Below the pieces are notes generated by a model. It did no database searches and was not told where the DNA came from. It saw nothing but the letters and a program-made list of their open reading frames with translations. Shown piece by piece: positions 47,967 through 57,536 of a DNA stretch of 59,791 bases (position 1 is the first letter of the stretch; the number at the start of each line of letters is the position of its first letter). Both the position numbers and the translations under genes were made by a program. Origin of the DNA: a virus (lineage: Duplodnaviria; Caudoviricetes); IMG/VR virus record IMGVR_UViG_3300049846_002562, positions 1-59,791 of that record. One strand, 5' to 3'.

Positions 47967-48707
47967 CTATTTATAGATCCCTTTGATCCATCGACGCATA
48001 TCTACGCGGCGATTTTCAAAAGTACGGTAGTCGGAATGTGATCCAGAAAACGTAAATCTTTTTTCGCGGCCGTCTGGACTTCGACAGCAAACATGGATGT
48101 GTCCTCTGTGAATGTAACGTTCAAGCACAGTGACGTTGAATTCTTCAAACAGCTCGTCAAGTTGTTTGAAGTTTTGCTTTATTGTGGTCATATTTGCTTT
48201 ATTGTGGTCATAGACGGCCGATGCCCTGTCGATAACGTCGGTTTCAATTGCTTCGTCCCAGTCGTTCAGTCTGTCGTCGACAAGATTATCGAGAATGCTG
48301 ACAAGCGTTTCCAGGCGTTCTTCGTTCAGCTCGTACCCGTATTTTTCACTGAGCATGCTCCAGAATACGGGGCCGTTCGGGTCTTCGTCTTCGTCGATGT
48401 CCAACTCGTTAAACTCGCTTTCCAGCCAGTATTCAAGACTGGCTAAACCGTCTGACAAATCGCTTTGCTCAGAAAACGTAATGGCCGGCTTGTCAGTGTT
48501 GGCAAGCTTGATGCTGATGTCTTTCTTGACAGGAAAGTAGCTTTCGTCGTCGTAGTATTGATCGTTGACCCAGTATACGATGGCACCGCTTTGGCCAAGG
48601 AACGTGTACAGACCGAGCATGTGCAGTTCAAGACGTTGCTTTTTCAGCTCGCGGATTTCGGTCGTCAGCCGGTGAAGCTCGACGTCGATGCGTTCAAAAT
48701 CATCCAT
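47967..48707 (-). CDS. Acidic hypothetical protein with a C-terminal small basic domain
   Basis: AAGGAG RBS before MDDFER. The C-terminal GH...PDG...SGSHSDYR...N segment looks like a separate small phage domain. Confidence 0.55.
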   Translation of the reverse strand: MDDFERIDVELHRLTTEIRELKKQRLELHMLGLYTFLGQSGAIVYWVNDQYYDDESYFPVKKDISIKLANTDKPAITFSEQSDLSDGLASLEYWLESEFNELDIDEDEDPNGPVFWSMLSEKYGYELNEERLETLVSILDNLVDDRLNDWDEAIETDVIDRASAVYDHNKANMTTIKQNFKQLDELFEEFNVTVLERYIHRGHIHVCCRSPDGREKRFTFSGSHSDYRTFENRRVDMRRWIKGIYK

Positions 48708-48717
48708 TGCGTTCTCC

Positions 48718-49710
48718 TTACGCGGCTTCCAGAGCCAGCTGCATGATGCGTTGTTTGATGCGCTCGCCTTGGCCGAACCAAGCGCGGTCGAGTTTGACAT
48801 CCGGGCTGCGCCGGGACGTGTGATCGACGTCGTAGGTTACAACATTGACCAGTCCCCAGAGCGTGCCGTTGGCGCTGTCAGTGCGCGCGCCTGGGGCGGC
48901 TTGGCTGATCTTCCAGGTGCGTTCCAGCAGCTTTTCCAGACGCTTGGTATTGTCGCCATTGCGTGTGAAGTCGACGACTTCGTCAGTTTTGAGATCGAAG
49001 TACGCCTGCAGCAGCAGGTTGACGGACTTGTCGGCGTCAACTTTGGCTTGCGAGAGCTTCTTGGTTTGGTATTGGAATTCAGACCACGTCGGGCCGATGT
49101 TGAGGTCAAGTTTGACCTGTGACGCGTCGAATTTGGTACTGTGCGGCACGGTAACGTTGGCTTTGCCTTCGGCGCGCGCCATGGTCAGCGTGTTATTGCA
49201 CACGACACGGACGCTGGTGAACCGCGCTTGCGTCGCCATCGAGCTGTCGTAGCTAGTAGCAAGCAGCAAATAGCCTTTCATCTTGTCGTCCGGGTCGAGG
49301 TTGAATGCTTCGTTGGTGTTGGCCAGTGCCCAGATCTTGCGACCGCCCCGCAGCGCACCGACGACTTCGATTTGGAAGCCGTAATCGGACACCAGATCAC
49401 GGTAGAATTCGACAACTTCAGACGGCTGTACGACTTGATACTTGCTGCCGACCACGCTGAGCGCGTCGCCGGTGTCGCTGCGGTGCAGCACAAAGCTGCT
49501 CGGGTCGGTTTTAGTGGTCCTTTCGCTGCCAAACGGCTGGCAATCGTACAGCACCGGCGTTTTGATTACGTCGTAATCCAGGCCGGCTTTGACGCGAATG
49601 TCTTCCAGACTGTCATCGGGAAGGATGTTTTCGCCGAGTCCGTGCCACGGTACAGCGCCACGGAATGCGATGGCCGCTTGGCCGGTAGTCATATCAAGTT
49701 CATGTGCCAT
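48718..49710 (-). CDS. DUF932/DUF945 family phage-plasmid protein
   Basis: MAHEL...VPWHGLG, G.L.GGR.IW, SYDSS, RVVCNNTL and GTLWGLVN.VT motifs. Confidence 0.9.
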   Translation of the reverse strand: MAHELDMTTGQAAIAFRGAVPWHGLGENILPDDSLEDIRVKAGLDYDVIKTPVLYDCQPFGSERTTKTDPSSFVLHRSDTGDALSVVGSKYQVVQPSEVVEFYRDLVSDYGFQIEVVGALRGGRKIWALANTNEAFNLDPDDKMKGYLLLATSYDSSMATQARFTSVRVVCNNTLTMARAEGKANVTVPHSTKFDASQVKLDLNIGPTWSEFQYQTKKLSQAKVDADKSVNLLLQAYFDLKTDEVVDFTRNGDNTKRLEKLLERTWKISQAAPGARTDSANGTLWGLVNVVTYDVDHTSRRSPDVKLDRAWFGQGERIKQRIMQLALEAA

Positions 49711-49728
49711 GTGATGCTCCCAGTTGAG

Positions 49729-49989
49729 TTAAGTGCAGAAAAACAGTTCACCGTTGTTTGCCCACGTTTTGACGCAAGCGTTTTCAACGATGGTAACCAT
49801 GCTGCCGTTGATCAGTCCGTTTGCGTAATATTGTGCATACGGGTCGCTGTTGGTTTTCAACGCAGCCAGCACAGCTGCGTTGTCGACGATTGTGCAGCCG
49901 ATGATCGGCGTATGCGTAAACGCGATACGCACGTCAGGGTACATCGGCAGCAGTTTGCGGTAATATCCAGGCGCGGGGCGTTCCATCAC
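49729..49989 (-). CDS. Hypothetical protein
   Basis: Overlap-coupled to the upstream gene. Confidence 0.4.
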   Translation of the reverse strand: MMERPAPGYYRKLLPMYPDVRIAFTHTPIIGCTIVDNAAVLAALKTNSDPYAQYYANGLINGSMVTIVENACVKTWANNGELFFCT

Positions 49990-50588
49990 GCCACCGCTTC
50001 TTGATATTTTTCAGACGGAATTTTAAGCGCAGCTTTCAACGCAGCGATTTGCACAGACGGCAGGCCGGTAGTTGTTGACGGCATGTTTGCCGGTTCAAGC
50101 TGCGCAGCGAGTTCGCGCAGCTCAGGAAACGCTTCGTACAGCTTGGCGAACGTCGTACAGCTTTCAACAAACGAGCTGATTTGGCGTTTGATGTCGTCGT
50201 GGCGTTCTTCTTTTTCAAAATGCTTGCGAGCAAAATCAAGAACGGTGTTTTTCATGTCTTCAGACAGATCGATGCAGTCTACCCAGTAGCTTCCGTTACT
50301 GGGCCACGGCGCGCCGTACGCGCAATTGTAATAGATGGTTTGGTTTGGATAACCAATGCTTGAAAAACCGGTAAGCCGTAAGTACATCTGATTGTCGAGC
50401 ATTTCCGGATCGTAGTTGTAGATCTGTACGACGTGTTGATAGACGCTGCCCCAGAGATATTCCGAAATCTTTTGCAGCAGCAGCCCGGCTTCGCGTGTAA
50501 ATTCGATTTCTTCTTCACCAGTTGCTCTGATAATCAGCGTGTTTTTGATGTCTTCTTTCATCGTTTTGGTTAAACGTACAGATGCCAT
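49986..50588 (-). CDS. Nmad5-like protein (nucleotide modification-associated domain 5)
   Basis: N-terminal RLTK..KEDI and C-terminal TT..KL.E.FPE pattern. Start at MASVRL with a GGAG RBS. Confidence 0.6.
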   Translation of the reverse strand: MASVRLTKTMKEDIKNTLIIRATGEEEIEFTREAGLLLQKISEYLWGSVYQHVVQIYNYDPEMLDNQMYLRLTGFSSIGYPNQTIYYNCAYGAPWPSNGSYWVDCIDLSEDMKNTVLDFARKHFEKEERHDDIKRQISSFVESCTTFAKLYEAFPELRELAAQLEPANMPSTTTGLPSVQIAALKAALKIPSEKYQEAVA

Positions 50589-50589
50589 G

Positions 50590-51147
50590 TCATGCTCCAA
50601 AAGTGCGCGCTTCCCAAGCAGCGCGAATTGCGTCATGATCTTCCTTGGGGAAGTTGTCGAGAATGCCGTTGGTTTCGATGTCGCTACCGGTAAAGCCGCC
50701 AAGACAATCAGTATTACCGGTTTCGTCAGTCCATTCGATCAGCCAGTTATTACCTTGCATCCAGTCGTCGTAGTGTTTGATAAAACTACGCATGGCGTCG
50801 AGTGCGTCGTCAGGGCGTTCGTATCTGCAGCCGCTTTTTTCAAGCGAGTCTTTGGTGTAATAAATCGCGCCGACGATACCACTGTCCCAACGGCAGCTAA
50901 ACGGCGTGGTGCTGATCGTTTGCCCGCTGTGGTCATACATGTAGACCGTTAGGCAGTCAATAACGCCAGGAATAAGCTCACCGCTGAATGGATTGTCGTC
51001 AACCCATGGCGATACGGCGTCTTTGTGCCCGCCGGTGTACCGGCTGTGATTGAAGAAAAACAGAAACGGGCTGTACCCGCCATCATTGTGTACAGCGCAC
51101 GGGTTATCCGCCCACTGGTCTTGTAGGATTTTAAAAGTGCCGGTCAT
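50590..51147 (-). CDS. Conserved hypothetical phage protein
   Basis: VYMYDHSG.TIS..PFSC.WDSG.VG motif, GAGG RBS. Confidence 0.65.
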   Translation of the reverse strand: MTGTFKILQDQWADNPCAVHNDGGYSPFLFFFNHSRYTGGHKDAVSPWVDDNPFSGELIPGVIDCLTVYMYDHSGQTISTTPFSCRWDSGIVGAIYYTKDSLEKSGCRYERPDDALDAMRSFIKHYDDWMQGNNWLIEWTDETGNTDCLGGFTGSDIETNGILDNFPKEDHDAIRAAWEARTFGA

Positions 51148-51154
51148 AGCATCC

Positions 51155-52507
51155 TCAGTCTTTGAGTAAGTCGAGTAAATTCATCATGCGGTCGTACTTA
51201 TCGTTAAGACGTGCGTAGACTTTGGCTTCGACAGTGCCTTTGGCTTCGATAAGTATGGTGTTAGTGGCTTTATTTTGATCGCCACGGTAAATACGGTGGA
51301 TAGCTTGTTTGAGCATATCCGCTTCGTATATTGGTGAGCTGATGATCGTGGTAGTACCACGGGTCAGCGTCAGGCCATGCGCACCGGTACGCGGATGCAG
51401 CAGCAGCGTTTGATATTTGCCGGCTTGGTAGTCGGCGACGATTTGCACGCGCTCAGCTGTTTTGACGTTACCGTCAATGATGGCGAATTTGATGTCGCGT
51501 TTCTCGAATTCTTCAGCCAGCATGTCGCGCTGGTGCTTCCAGTTGAAGAACACAATGCTGTGGTCACGTTCTTCAACCAGCTCGGCGATCAGCTCATAAC
51601 GGCCGCGATCGATGACGACGTAGTGGCCGTCTTCCTGCCCGCTGTAGACTGCACCGGACGCAATTTGCAGCAGCTTGGTACGCAAGCTGGCGGCATGCAC
51701 GGCGCTGATACCTTCGGACTGCAGCATGCAGTTCATGCGCATTTCTTCGTAGCGTTTCCAGGCGTTTTTGGTCAGGTTGAACGCCCTGGTGCTGCGATGG
51801 TTGGCCGGCACGTGCGACATGACGGTTTCAAAGTCGTGGCGCACGGTCATGGGCGCCAGAATCTCGCGGATGGCGATGTCGGCACCGGGTTTGTCGTCCC
51901 AGCGCACGTGCTCAGGCTTGGGTCCGATCTGCGTCGGCTGCTGGACTTTATTGCGTAACGCTGTGTAGCTGGTACCCAGAGAACGGCCGCCGTCAATGAT
52001 TTTGGTCGGGTGAAACAGTTCCATGACTGTGTTCGGCGTTGGCGTACCCGTCAGCAGGCGTTTGTGAGTAAAGCCTTTGCTGATTTTCTCCATGGCTTTG
52101 GATCGTTTGCTTTGCGGGTTTTTGAACGCGTTGGACTCGTCAATCACCAGATGGGTGAAGTGCTTGAGGTACGGCGTAAATTCCTTGGCGGTCAGCTCTT
52201 TGACGCCGTCGGTATTGATGATAACGACGTCCGTTTGCAGCGTGAATGCGTCAAGGCGCGCGCCGGCGTAAGCGTAAGAGACGGTCAGTTTGGGTGCGTA
52301 TTCTTCGATGTCTGCGCCCCATGCGGTTTGCATAAGGGTCTTGGGCGCGACGATCAGCATGCGTTTGCGGGTTTTGCACTCTGCAAACGACTCGATCTGC
52401 ACACGGGTTTTGCCAGTACCAGGGTCGGAGAAATCGAATCCGCTTTGGACTTTGCTGAAGAATGTAATCGAATGGTCTTGATGTTTCCAGCGTGGCTTAT
52501 TGGACAT
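51155..52507 (-). CDS. SNF2-family helicase
   Basis: DPGTGKT, IDES, LTGTP, KLLQIASG, GAHGLTL and QAIHRIYR motifs. Confidence 0.92.
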   Translation of the reverse strand: MSNKPRWKHQDHSITFFSKVQSGFDFSDPGTGKTRVQIESFAECKTRKRMLIVAPKTLMQTAWGADIEEYAPKLTVSYAYAGARLDAFTLQTDVVIINTDGVKELTAKEFTPYLKHFTHLVIDESNAFKNPQSKRSKAMEKISKGFTHKRLLTGTPTPNTVMELFHPTKIIDGGRSLGTSYTALRNKVQQPTQIGPKPEHVRWDDKPGADIAIREILAPMTVRHDFETVMSHVPANHRSTRAFNLTKNAWKRYEEMRMNCMLQSEGISAVHAASLRTKLLQIASGAVYSGQEDGHYVVIDRGRYELIAELVEERDHSIVFFNWKHQRDMLAEEFEKRDIKFAIIDGNVKTAERVQIVADYQAGKYQTLLLHPRTGAHGLTLTRGTTTIISSPIYEADMLKQAIHRIYRGDQNKATNTILIEAKGTVEAKVYARLNDKYDRMMNLLDLLKD

Positions 52508-52529
52508 TGGACTTTGCTCTAAGTAATTA

Positions 52530-52758
52530 AGGGCCCCGGTACAGCGGTCAGGGGGGCGAGGTCTGGTTGATCCGTATGACGGGGGAAGTCGTCACGTCCG
52601 CTTGTTTCTCGGAATAGGCGTTTCCGAGATCCGAATCCCGGTGGAAGAATCAGGCTTTCGCCTGCCCCAGACGCCGTTCTAGGGATGAAGTCTTCACCGA
52701 GAATATAACATGAAACACCCGGTTTGCCCGCCGGGTACGGGTACGTTTCAGTGGCCCT
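52530..52758 (-). ncRNA. Putative structured RNA/long leader, family not recognised
   Basis: Intergenic, with nested stems, a CAGGC-GAAA-GCCUG tetraloop hairpin and a G-U pair that favour the - strand. Confidence 0.5.
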
Positions 52759-52764
52759 ACCACT

Positions 52765-52983
52765 TCACGTTTGGTCACGCAGTCGCACGGCGATACTCGG
52801 CACACGGATGTACGGAGTTTCCCAGCGCCCACGCTTGAATCCGTGGTCAACATACCGTTGGGGAAGCCGAAGATACTCCTTTTCGTCAATCCCCAAGAAA
52901 CTATGATACACGAAACCGTTTATCAAGTAACTGGCATGTTTTGCTTTGCTTTTGAGCTGCACGTCGACAAAGACTATGTTCAC
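52765..52983 (-). CDS. Hypothetical protein
   Basis: Directly follows the exonuclease stop on the same strand. Confidence 0.45.
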   Translation of the reverse strand: MNIVFVDVQLKSKAKHASYLINGFVYHSFLGIDEKEYLRLPQRYVDHGFKRGRWETPYIRVPSIAVRLRDQT

Positions 52984-52984
52984 G

Positions 52985-53692
52985 TTACACCCCTACAGGA
53001 CAGACACCAAGTTCACGTGGCCCGTACGGACAGTACCGGCACGTCTGCTTTGTTGGATTGGGGCGGAAGTGTTTGTCGTTGTATAGCTTCTGAACGCGCT
53101 GATCGAAGTGATCAACGAATTTCAGAGCCCGATCTTTGTTGTAGTTGATGGCTTTGACGTGGCCTTCGTCAACGTACCAGAGCTCGGTACGGATGAAATC
53201 GAAGTAAGGAAATTTGAGCGTGGCGCAGGCTGCATACAGCTGCGTCTGCTGGATGTGCTCGATGGCTTTGTACATGGACTTGCCGGACTTGTAATCGCCG
53301 ACGATCAGCGTGCCGGTGTCGTCGTCGAATACAAGAAAGTCGAGCTTTGACCAGAGCCAAACGTCGTCACGGGAGCATTCAAACCAGTCTTTGTCGAAGA
53401 ACCAATTGTCTTCGGCAGTGGCCTGGTTATTGGCGTACAGCAGTTGCAGGTTTTCCAGCGCCGGCTCAAACACATCGAGCTTTTTGGCTTCGTTCTTTTC
53501 CAGAGTCTCGGTGCCTTTGACGTAGGCTTCTAAGTTGTTATGGATCCGGTTACCGCGTTCCATGGGGTTGTCAGGCGGTCGTTCCGGTTCGGGAATGCGG
53601 TCAATGTATTGGAGTTTGAAGCGGAAAGCGCAGGTCTCGTACTTGGTGAGTTTGCTGAAAGACCAGTTAATTGGCTTTGCTTCAGTGGACAT
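52985..53692 (-). CDS. Cas4-like PD-(D/E)xK exonuclease
   Basis: WSFS...TC, RGNRIH, KLD...GDYKSG, Q..LYA and C-terminal CRYCPY......C. Confidence 0.88.
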   Translation of the reverse strand: MSTEAKPINWSFSKLTKYETCAFRFKLQYIDRIPEPERPPDNPMERGNRIHNNLEAYVKGTETLEKNEAKKLDVFEPALENLQLLYANNQATAEDNWFFDKDWFECSRDDVWLWSKLDFLVFDDDTGTLIVGDYKSGKSMYKAIEHIQQTQLYAACATLKFPYFDFIRTELWYVDEGHVKAINYNKDRALKFVDHFDQRVQKLYNDKHFRPNPTKQTCRYCPYGPRELGVCPVGV

Positions 53693-53906
53693 GCGCTTGC
53701 TCCAGTTTTTCGTCCGTTTCTACCAGTGTCGCTTTCCCTTTCAGGTTGTTGCGCAGGTATACATTGAACAGGGTGTGTATTCCGTTGGGTTTCAGCTGAT
53801 ACTCACGGGCTTTGACGGCGGCTTCTTGCGGGCTGGCAGCGCGCAGATCGATCGCCCAAATCACGCGGTATTCCGTTTGATCGTCGTCGTTAAATTCTTC
53901 AGTCAC
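53682..53906 (-). CDS. Hypothetical protein
   Basis: YRV.W.ID..A.SP.EAA motif; overlap-coupled. Confidence 0.55.
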   Translation of the reverse strand: MTEEFNDDDQTEYRVIWAIDLRAASPQEAAVKAREYQLKPNGIHTLFNVYLRNNLKGKATLVETDEKLEQAHVH

Positions 53907-56301
53907 GGGTTACACCACGCAGTTTGACGACTTTGTCGGTCTTGTCAGTCACTTCGATTGGGAATTCCGGCGCTGTCCAGTTGACCATGATGCCACGATG
54001 GCGCTCGGACGGTTTACCGGGCATACGATGCTGCCGGTCAACGTCAAGGCCAATGGCTTTGTAGTGGCGTTTGCGCCAGGTCTTGCTGTCTTGGAAATAG
54101 CGGTTGTCGGTAATCAGCGTGCGGAACAGGATGAACACCTGTTCTTCCGTGAGCAGCATGACTTCGCCTTTCTCAGCATTTTGCTGGCACTGGGCAATTA
54201 GCGACTTGTAAATCAACAACGGGTTGAAACGGTTGTGGAAGTCAGCCGCGGCTTCATTGTCAGACGGCGTCCGGTCGATGAAGAATTGCAGGTCGCCATG
54301 GATAATGGCTTCGGCGATCAGCTGGTTAATGCCGGTAGTGGCTTCGTGAATGTCGACTTTGGCTTGGCTGTCGATCACTTTTGACGCTGCGATGCGGTCA
54401 ACCGGCCAACGGTGCAGAACGTCGGCGAAAGCGTCCAGCTCAGTACCCTCAGACAAGGCGTACAGCTCGTTGGGAGTGTATATGATCTTGTTTTCTTGCC
54501 GGTTGGCGATGTTGAAACGGCGGTCGTCGTCGGTGATATTGACTGGCGTGCGCTCGTTGGAGTTGAAAATGAAGTTGCTGTAGCTCGGTGCTGCGTAGGT
54601 TTTGATGCCTTTCTGGTTGATCTCAATCGGGCTGTCAGTGATCCAGTGCTTGAGCTTGGCCATTAAGTCGGAGTGGTTGTCGACCGCTTTGGTATCGGAT
54701 TCTTCAAATACTACGAACAGCGTGTTCTCAAGGAACGCGTTGAATTGGTTGGTAACCTGCCCGAATTGCACGACTTTGACGTGCTCAGGGCCGAACAGCG
54801 GTGTCAGCACGGCGCGGATGAACATGGACTTACCCGTACCAGACGCGCCGTGCAGCACCCACGCAGCCCCGCTTTTGGAGCGTGTCTGGAAAATAAACGC
54901 CAGCCAGTTGATATAGTGAATCAGCAGGTCGTCGTCTGGGTTGCCCAGCATTGACCGGATGGTTTTGTTTATGGCCGGCGGGATTTCGTGCAGTTTGGAA
55001 ACGCTTTCAGTGGTTTTGGGTTTCATCATGTAATCCGAAGCGCGAAACGTGTTGATCAGAGTACCACCAGGCATGTATTGAATGTCGCTTTGCGGGTCGA
55101 ATACGACTTCCACGTGGGGCAGAAAGCCTTTGTGCGGAATGCTCCACTCGTTGAGCCAGCCTTTGGCGGGCGTTTCGCTGGAGTTGTTGAGATCCAGTTT
55201 GCGGGTGACTGGCGAATACTGCCCGATGTAAACTGCGGACGAACGATTTGTTGCGTAGAACGCAAAGACGTCAGCGTCTTCGTCCAATGGCGCTGACGCT
55301 ACCGTTTTTGGGGCGGTTTTTTTTAATGTTTTGTAGAGCTCCGGCGCAGCTTCGTCCGTACGTAAGAACGGCTCGCCTTTGAAATTGCCGATAAGGCCGG
55401 GATTTCGCAGGTCGATGTAATAAGCGTAGCTATCGCCCCCATTGAGATTGAACCGGAGAAAGTGTTCACCTGACTGGCGAACACCATGAACCTCGCATTC
55501 AGCGGCATCCAGCATGACTTCAACGCCGTTATGCGTTTGGATATTGTAGTCAAGTGGCGGCTCGTTGAGTTTCGCACGGAGTTCATTGATCTTTACTCGG
55601 ATGTCATGATGGGTGATGGCTTCAAACAGCGGTATCGCAAGCGATGGCGTCTTTTTCTTGACCAGCGTAAACGCTTTGTCTTTGCTGATTTTCGGTGTGA
55701 AACCGGCGCAGATTGGTGGCGCGATATAGATGATTTTGGAGCAGTCCGCGACAGTGCGATCCAACGGCCAACGCAGTGCTTGCAGCGAGTCAGTCAGTGA
55801 CAGGCTTTTGGCCAGTGCAGGTACTTTGAAGTTCAAGTGCTCAAACCATTGCTTGAGCACTTTCTCCGGCACCGGCGTTTTCAGCAGCATGAAGATGTGG
55901 CCAGACCAGTGTGTCGTGTCAGGTTTGAACATCGACGCAGATGGCTGCACGATGTAGCTGACGTTCTGGCACGTGTCGGGCAGGTACTTTTTAACCACGT
56001 CTTCATGGTCTTTGGCATCGACTTTGTCGAAGTCAAAGCATACCCAGGTGCGGTCATTCTTGATCGTCTTGCCTGCACGCGATTCATCGACCAACGGATG
56101 CTGCAAGTGACCGCTGAACAAACAGCGATTGTGCTTTGCAGCATCGATCAGCGCTGCATGGAAATCCTGCAGCGTTTCGATCTCTACGTTATGGGAAGTA
56201 ACCCGACTGACAAGCGGATAGGGCTTGCTGATAAGTTTGCCGTTTTGGATTGCGAATGTCTTGGTAAGCGGAACGCGTGCGCTTAAAAAAACCAAGTGCA
56301 T
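53899..56301 (-). CDS. AEP primase/polymerase fused to SF3 helicase (DUF5906/NrS-1-like)
   Basis: N-terminal FDFD and SGHIF, Walker A GASGTGKS, Walker B VVFEE and DDDRRF. AGGA RBS before MHLVFL. Confidence 0.85.
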   Translation of the reverse strand: MHLVFLSARVPLTKTFAIQNGKLISKPYPLVSRVTSHNVEIETLQDFHAALIDAAKHNRCLFSGHLQHPLVDESRAGKTIKNDRTWVCFDFDKVDAKDHEDVVKKYLPDTCQNVSYIVQPSASMFKPDTTHWSGHIFMLLKTPVPEKVLKQWFEHLNFKVPALAKSLSLTDSLQALRWPLDRTVADCSKIIYIAPPICAGFTPKISKDKAFTLVKKKTPSLAIPLFEAITHHDIRVKINELRAKLNEPPLDYNIQTHNGVEVMLDAAECEVHGVRQSGEHFLRFNLNGGDSYAYYIDLRNPGLIGNFKGEPFLRTDEAAPELYKTLKKTAPKTVASAPLDEDADVFAFYATNRSSAVYIGQYSPVTRKLDLNNSSETPAKGWLNEWSIPHKGFLPHVEVVFDPQSDIQYMPGGTLINTFRASDYMMKPKTTESVSKLHEIPPAINKTIRSMLGNPDDDLLIHYINWLAFIFQTRSKSGAAWVLHGASGTGKSMFIRAVLTPLFGPEHVKVVQFGQVTNQFNAFLENTLFVVFEESDTKAVDNHSDLMAKLKHWITDSPIEINQKGIKTYAAPSYSNFIFNSNERTPVNITDDDRRFNIANRQENKIIYTPNELYALSEGTELDAFADVLHRWPVDRIAASKVIDSQAKVDIHEATTGINQLIAEAIIHGDLQFFIDRTPSDNEAAADFHNRFNPLLIYKSLIAQCQQNAEKGEVMLLTEEQVFILFRTLITDNRYFQDSKTWRKRHYKAIGLDVDRQHRMPGKPSERHRGIMVNWTAPEFPIEVTDKTDKVVKLRGVTRD

Positions 56302-56375
56302 AGATAATTCCTGAAGTGAAGTTGATGGATAGGGCCGACATTCATTTTGCACCTATCCGAGTCGTTTTGCAACGG

Positions 56376-56684
56376 TTACCCCATCACGGGAAGCGTGCCT
56401 TGTACGGCTTCAATTGCCGGGTTAACGAAACCTTTACTGTTGCCAAGAGCAAACAGCGCGCCCGGGCCGTTGCCTTCGTCGTCTTGCGACGGCGCCCAGA
56501 TGTCGCCGTTGTCGAGCTCGACCCAAAGTGCACCGTCAAACGCAGTGTCTTCAAGGTCATTGGCTTTGATTTCAGCGCGAGTGGGATACCAGGCTTTGAC
56601 GATGGTGCGGCCGACGAGCGCATCTTTGGCGGCGTCAGACCAGTATTTCAGGCGTTTTGCAGGGGTGGAAAGATCAGCAGTCAC
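56376..56684 (-). CDS. Hypothetical phage protein
   Basis: LVGRTI...PSQDDEGNGPGALF motif, GGAG RBS. Confidence 0.65.
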   Translation of the reverse strand: MTADLSTPAKRLKYWSDAAKDALVGRTIVKAWYPTRAEIKANDLEDTAFDGALWVELDNGDIWAPSQDDEGNGPGALFALGNSKGFVNPAIEAVQGTLPVMG

Positions 56685-56699
56685 GGATTGCTCCCAGAG

Positions 56700-56894
56700 T
56701 TAATTGGTGGTGGTCCACACCGTCGTGCGTTCGATGGTGTGATAACGGGTGAAAACACGGATACGGCGCACGTCGGTATTGGCTTTAAGTTCGTTGAGCT
56801 TTGTTTCCAAATCCGTATCAGTTTCGATACGGATCAAACCGCCGTCGCTGCCACGATCGCCGGCGTACTGGACTTCGATGATGGCCGTACACAT
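56700..56894 (-). CDS. Hypothetical protein
   Basis: Contiguous - strand ORF. Confidence 0.45.
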   Translation of the reverse strand: MCTAIIEVQYAGDRGSDGGLIRIETDTDLETKLNELKANTDVRRIRVFTRYHTIERTTVWTTTN

Positions 56895-56897
56895 GGC

Positions 56898-57536
56898 TTA
56901 TTGCTTCGCTTGCTTGGCGTCGAAACGATCGTCCAGGAATTTGATGACTCCAGCCAATTCTTCTTCGCGCTGTTTGATCATCGCTTGGACTTGCTTGGTT
57001 TGGAATTTGCGGGCTTTCAGTTCTTCGATGGCTTGTTCTTCAAGAACAAGTACAGCATCGATTTCTTGATTGTCCATGTATTCGATGTTGTTGCCGTTGA
57101 GGTAATAGCGTTGTTCAAATTTCATGGATTGTTCCTTGGTGGTGGGTGAAACGGTGGGTAAAAGGGTTACTCCGTAAATAAAATTACGTGTGAACGGTGC
57201 TTGTTGAGCAGTTCCGCCAGACCAATAGCCGGACTTTGTGCATTGAAGTAAAAGATCGTTAGCTGTTATTTTTGGCTTTGAAACACGCGTTGATACGGAC
57301 TGGGGAGAGTTGGTAAAGATGTCTGAGTAATACCACTCAATCGTGCCATCACGATAACAAAAACCGTATTTACACCCTGTACAATTGTCAGATACGTATA
57401 CGTCAGTAGTGAAAGCTTTTGTTCGACTGCGCATGAATGCTTCTAACGCTTCTATGTTGTCGAACGACGCCGCTTCGTCAACCATACCGATGTTAGAAAA
57501 ATGGAATACAAATGCTCGTGCTACTGGTGTGGTCAT
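56898..57536 (-). CDS. Hypothetical protein with a likely internal start at 57125
   Basis: Coupled to the upstream gene; internal AAGGA RBS before MKFEQRYY. Confidence 0.5.
   Translation of the reverse strand: MTTPVARAFVFHFSNIGMVDEAASFDNIEALEAFMRSRTKAFTTDVYVSDNCTGCKYGFCYRDGTIEWYYSDIFTNSPQSVSTRVSKPKITANDLLLQCTKSGYWSGGTAQQAPFTRNFIYGVTLLPTVSPTTKEQSMKFEQRYYLNGNNIEYMDNQEIDAVLVLEEQAIEELKARKFQTKQVQAMIKQREEELAGVIKFLDDRFDAKQAKQ

Noticed and set aside
52507-52520. RNase P-like GAGGAAAGUCC motif (GAGCAAAGUCC on the - strand)
   Set aside because: It is the helicase translation-initiation region and lies at the 3' side of the structured element, and no other RNase P conserved regions are seen.
47306-55121. 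Other CACGTG-containing sites (about 47311, 53015, 55111) as additional parS
   Set aside because: Only the core or part of one half-site matches, which is consistent with chance.
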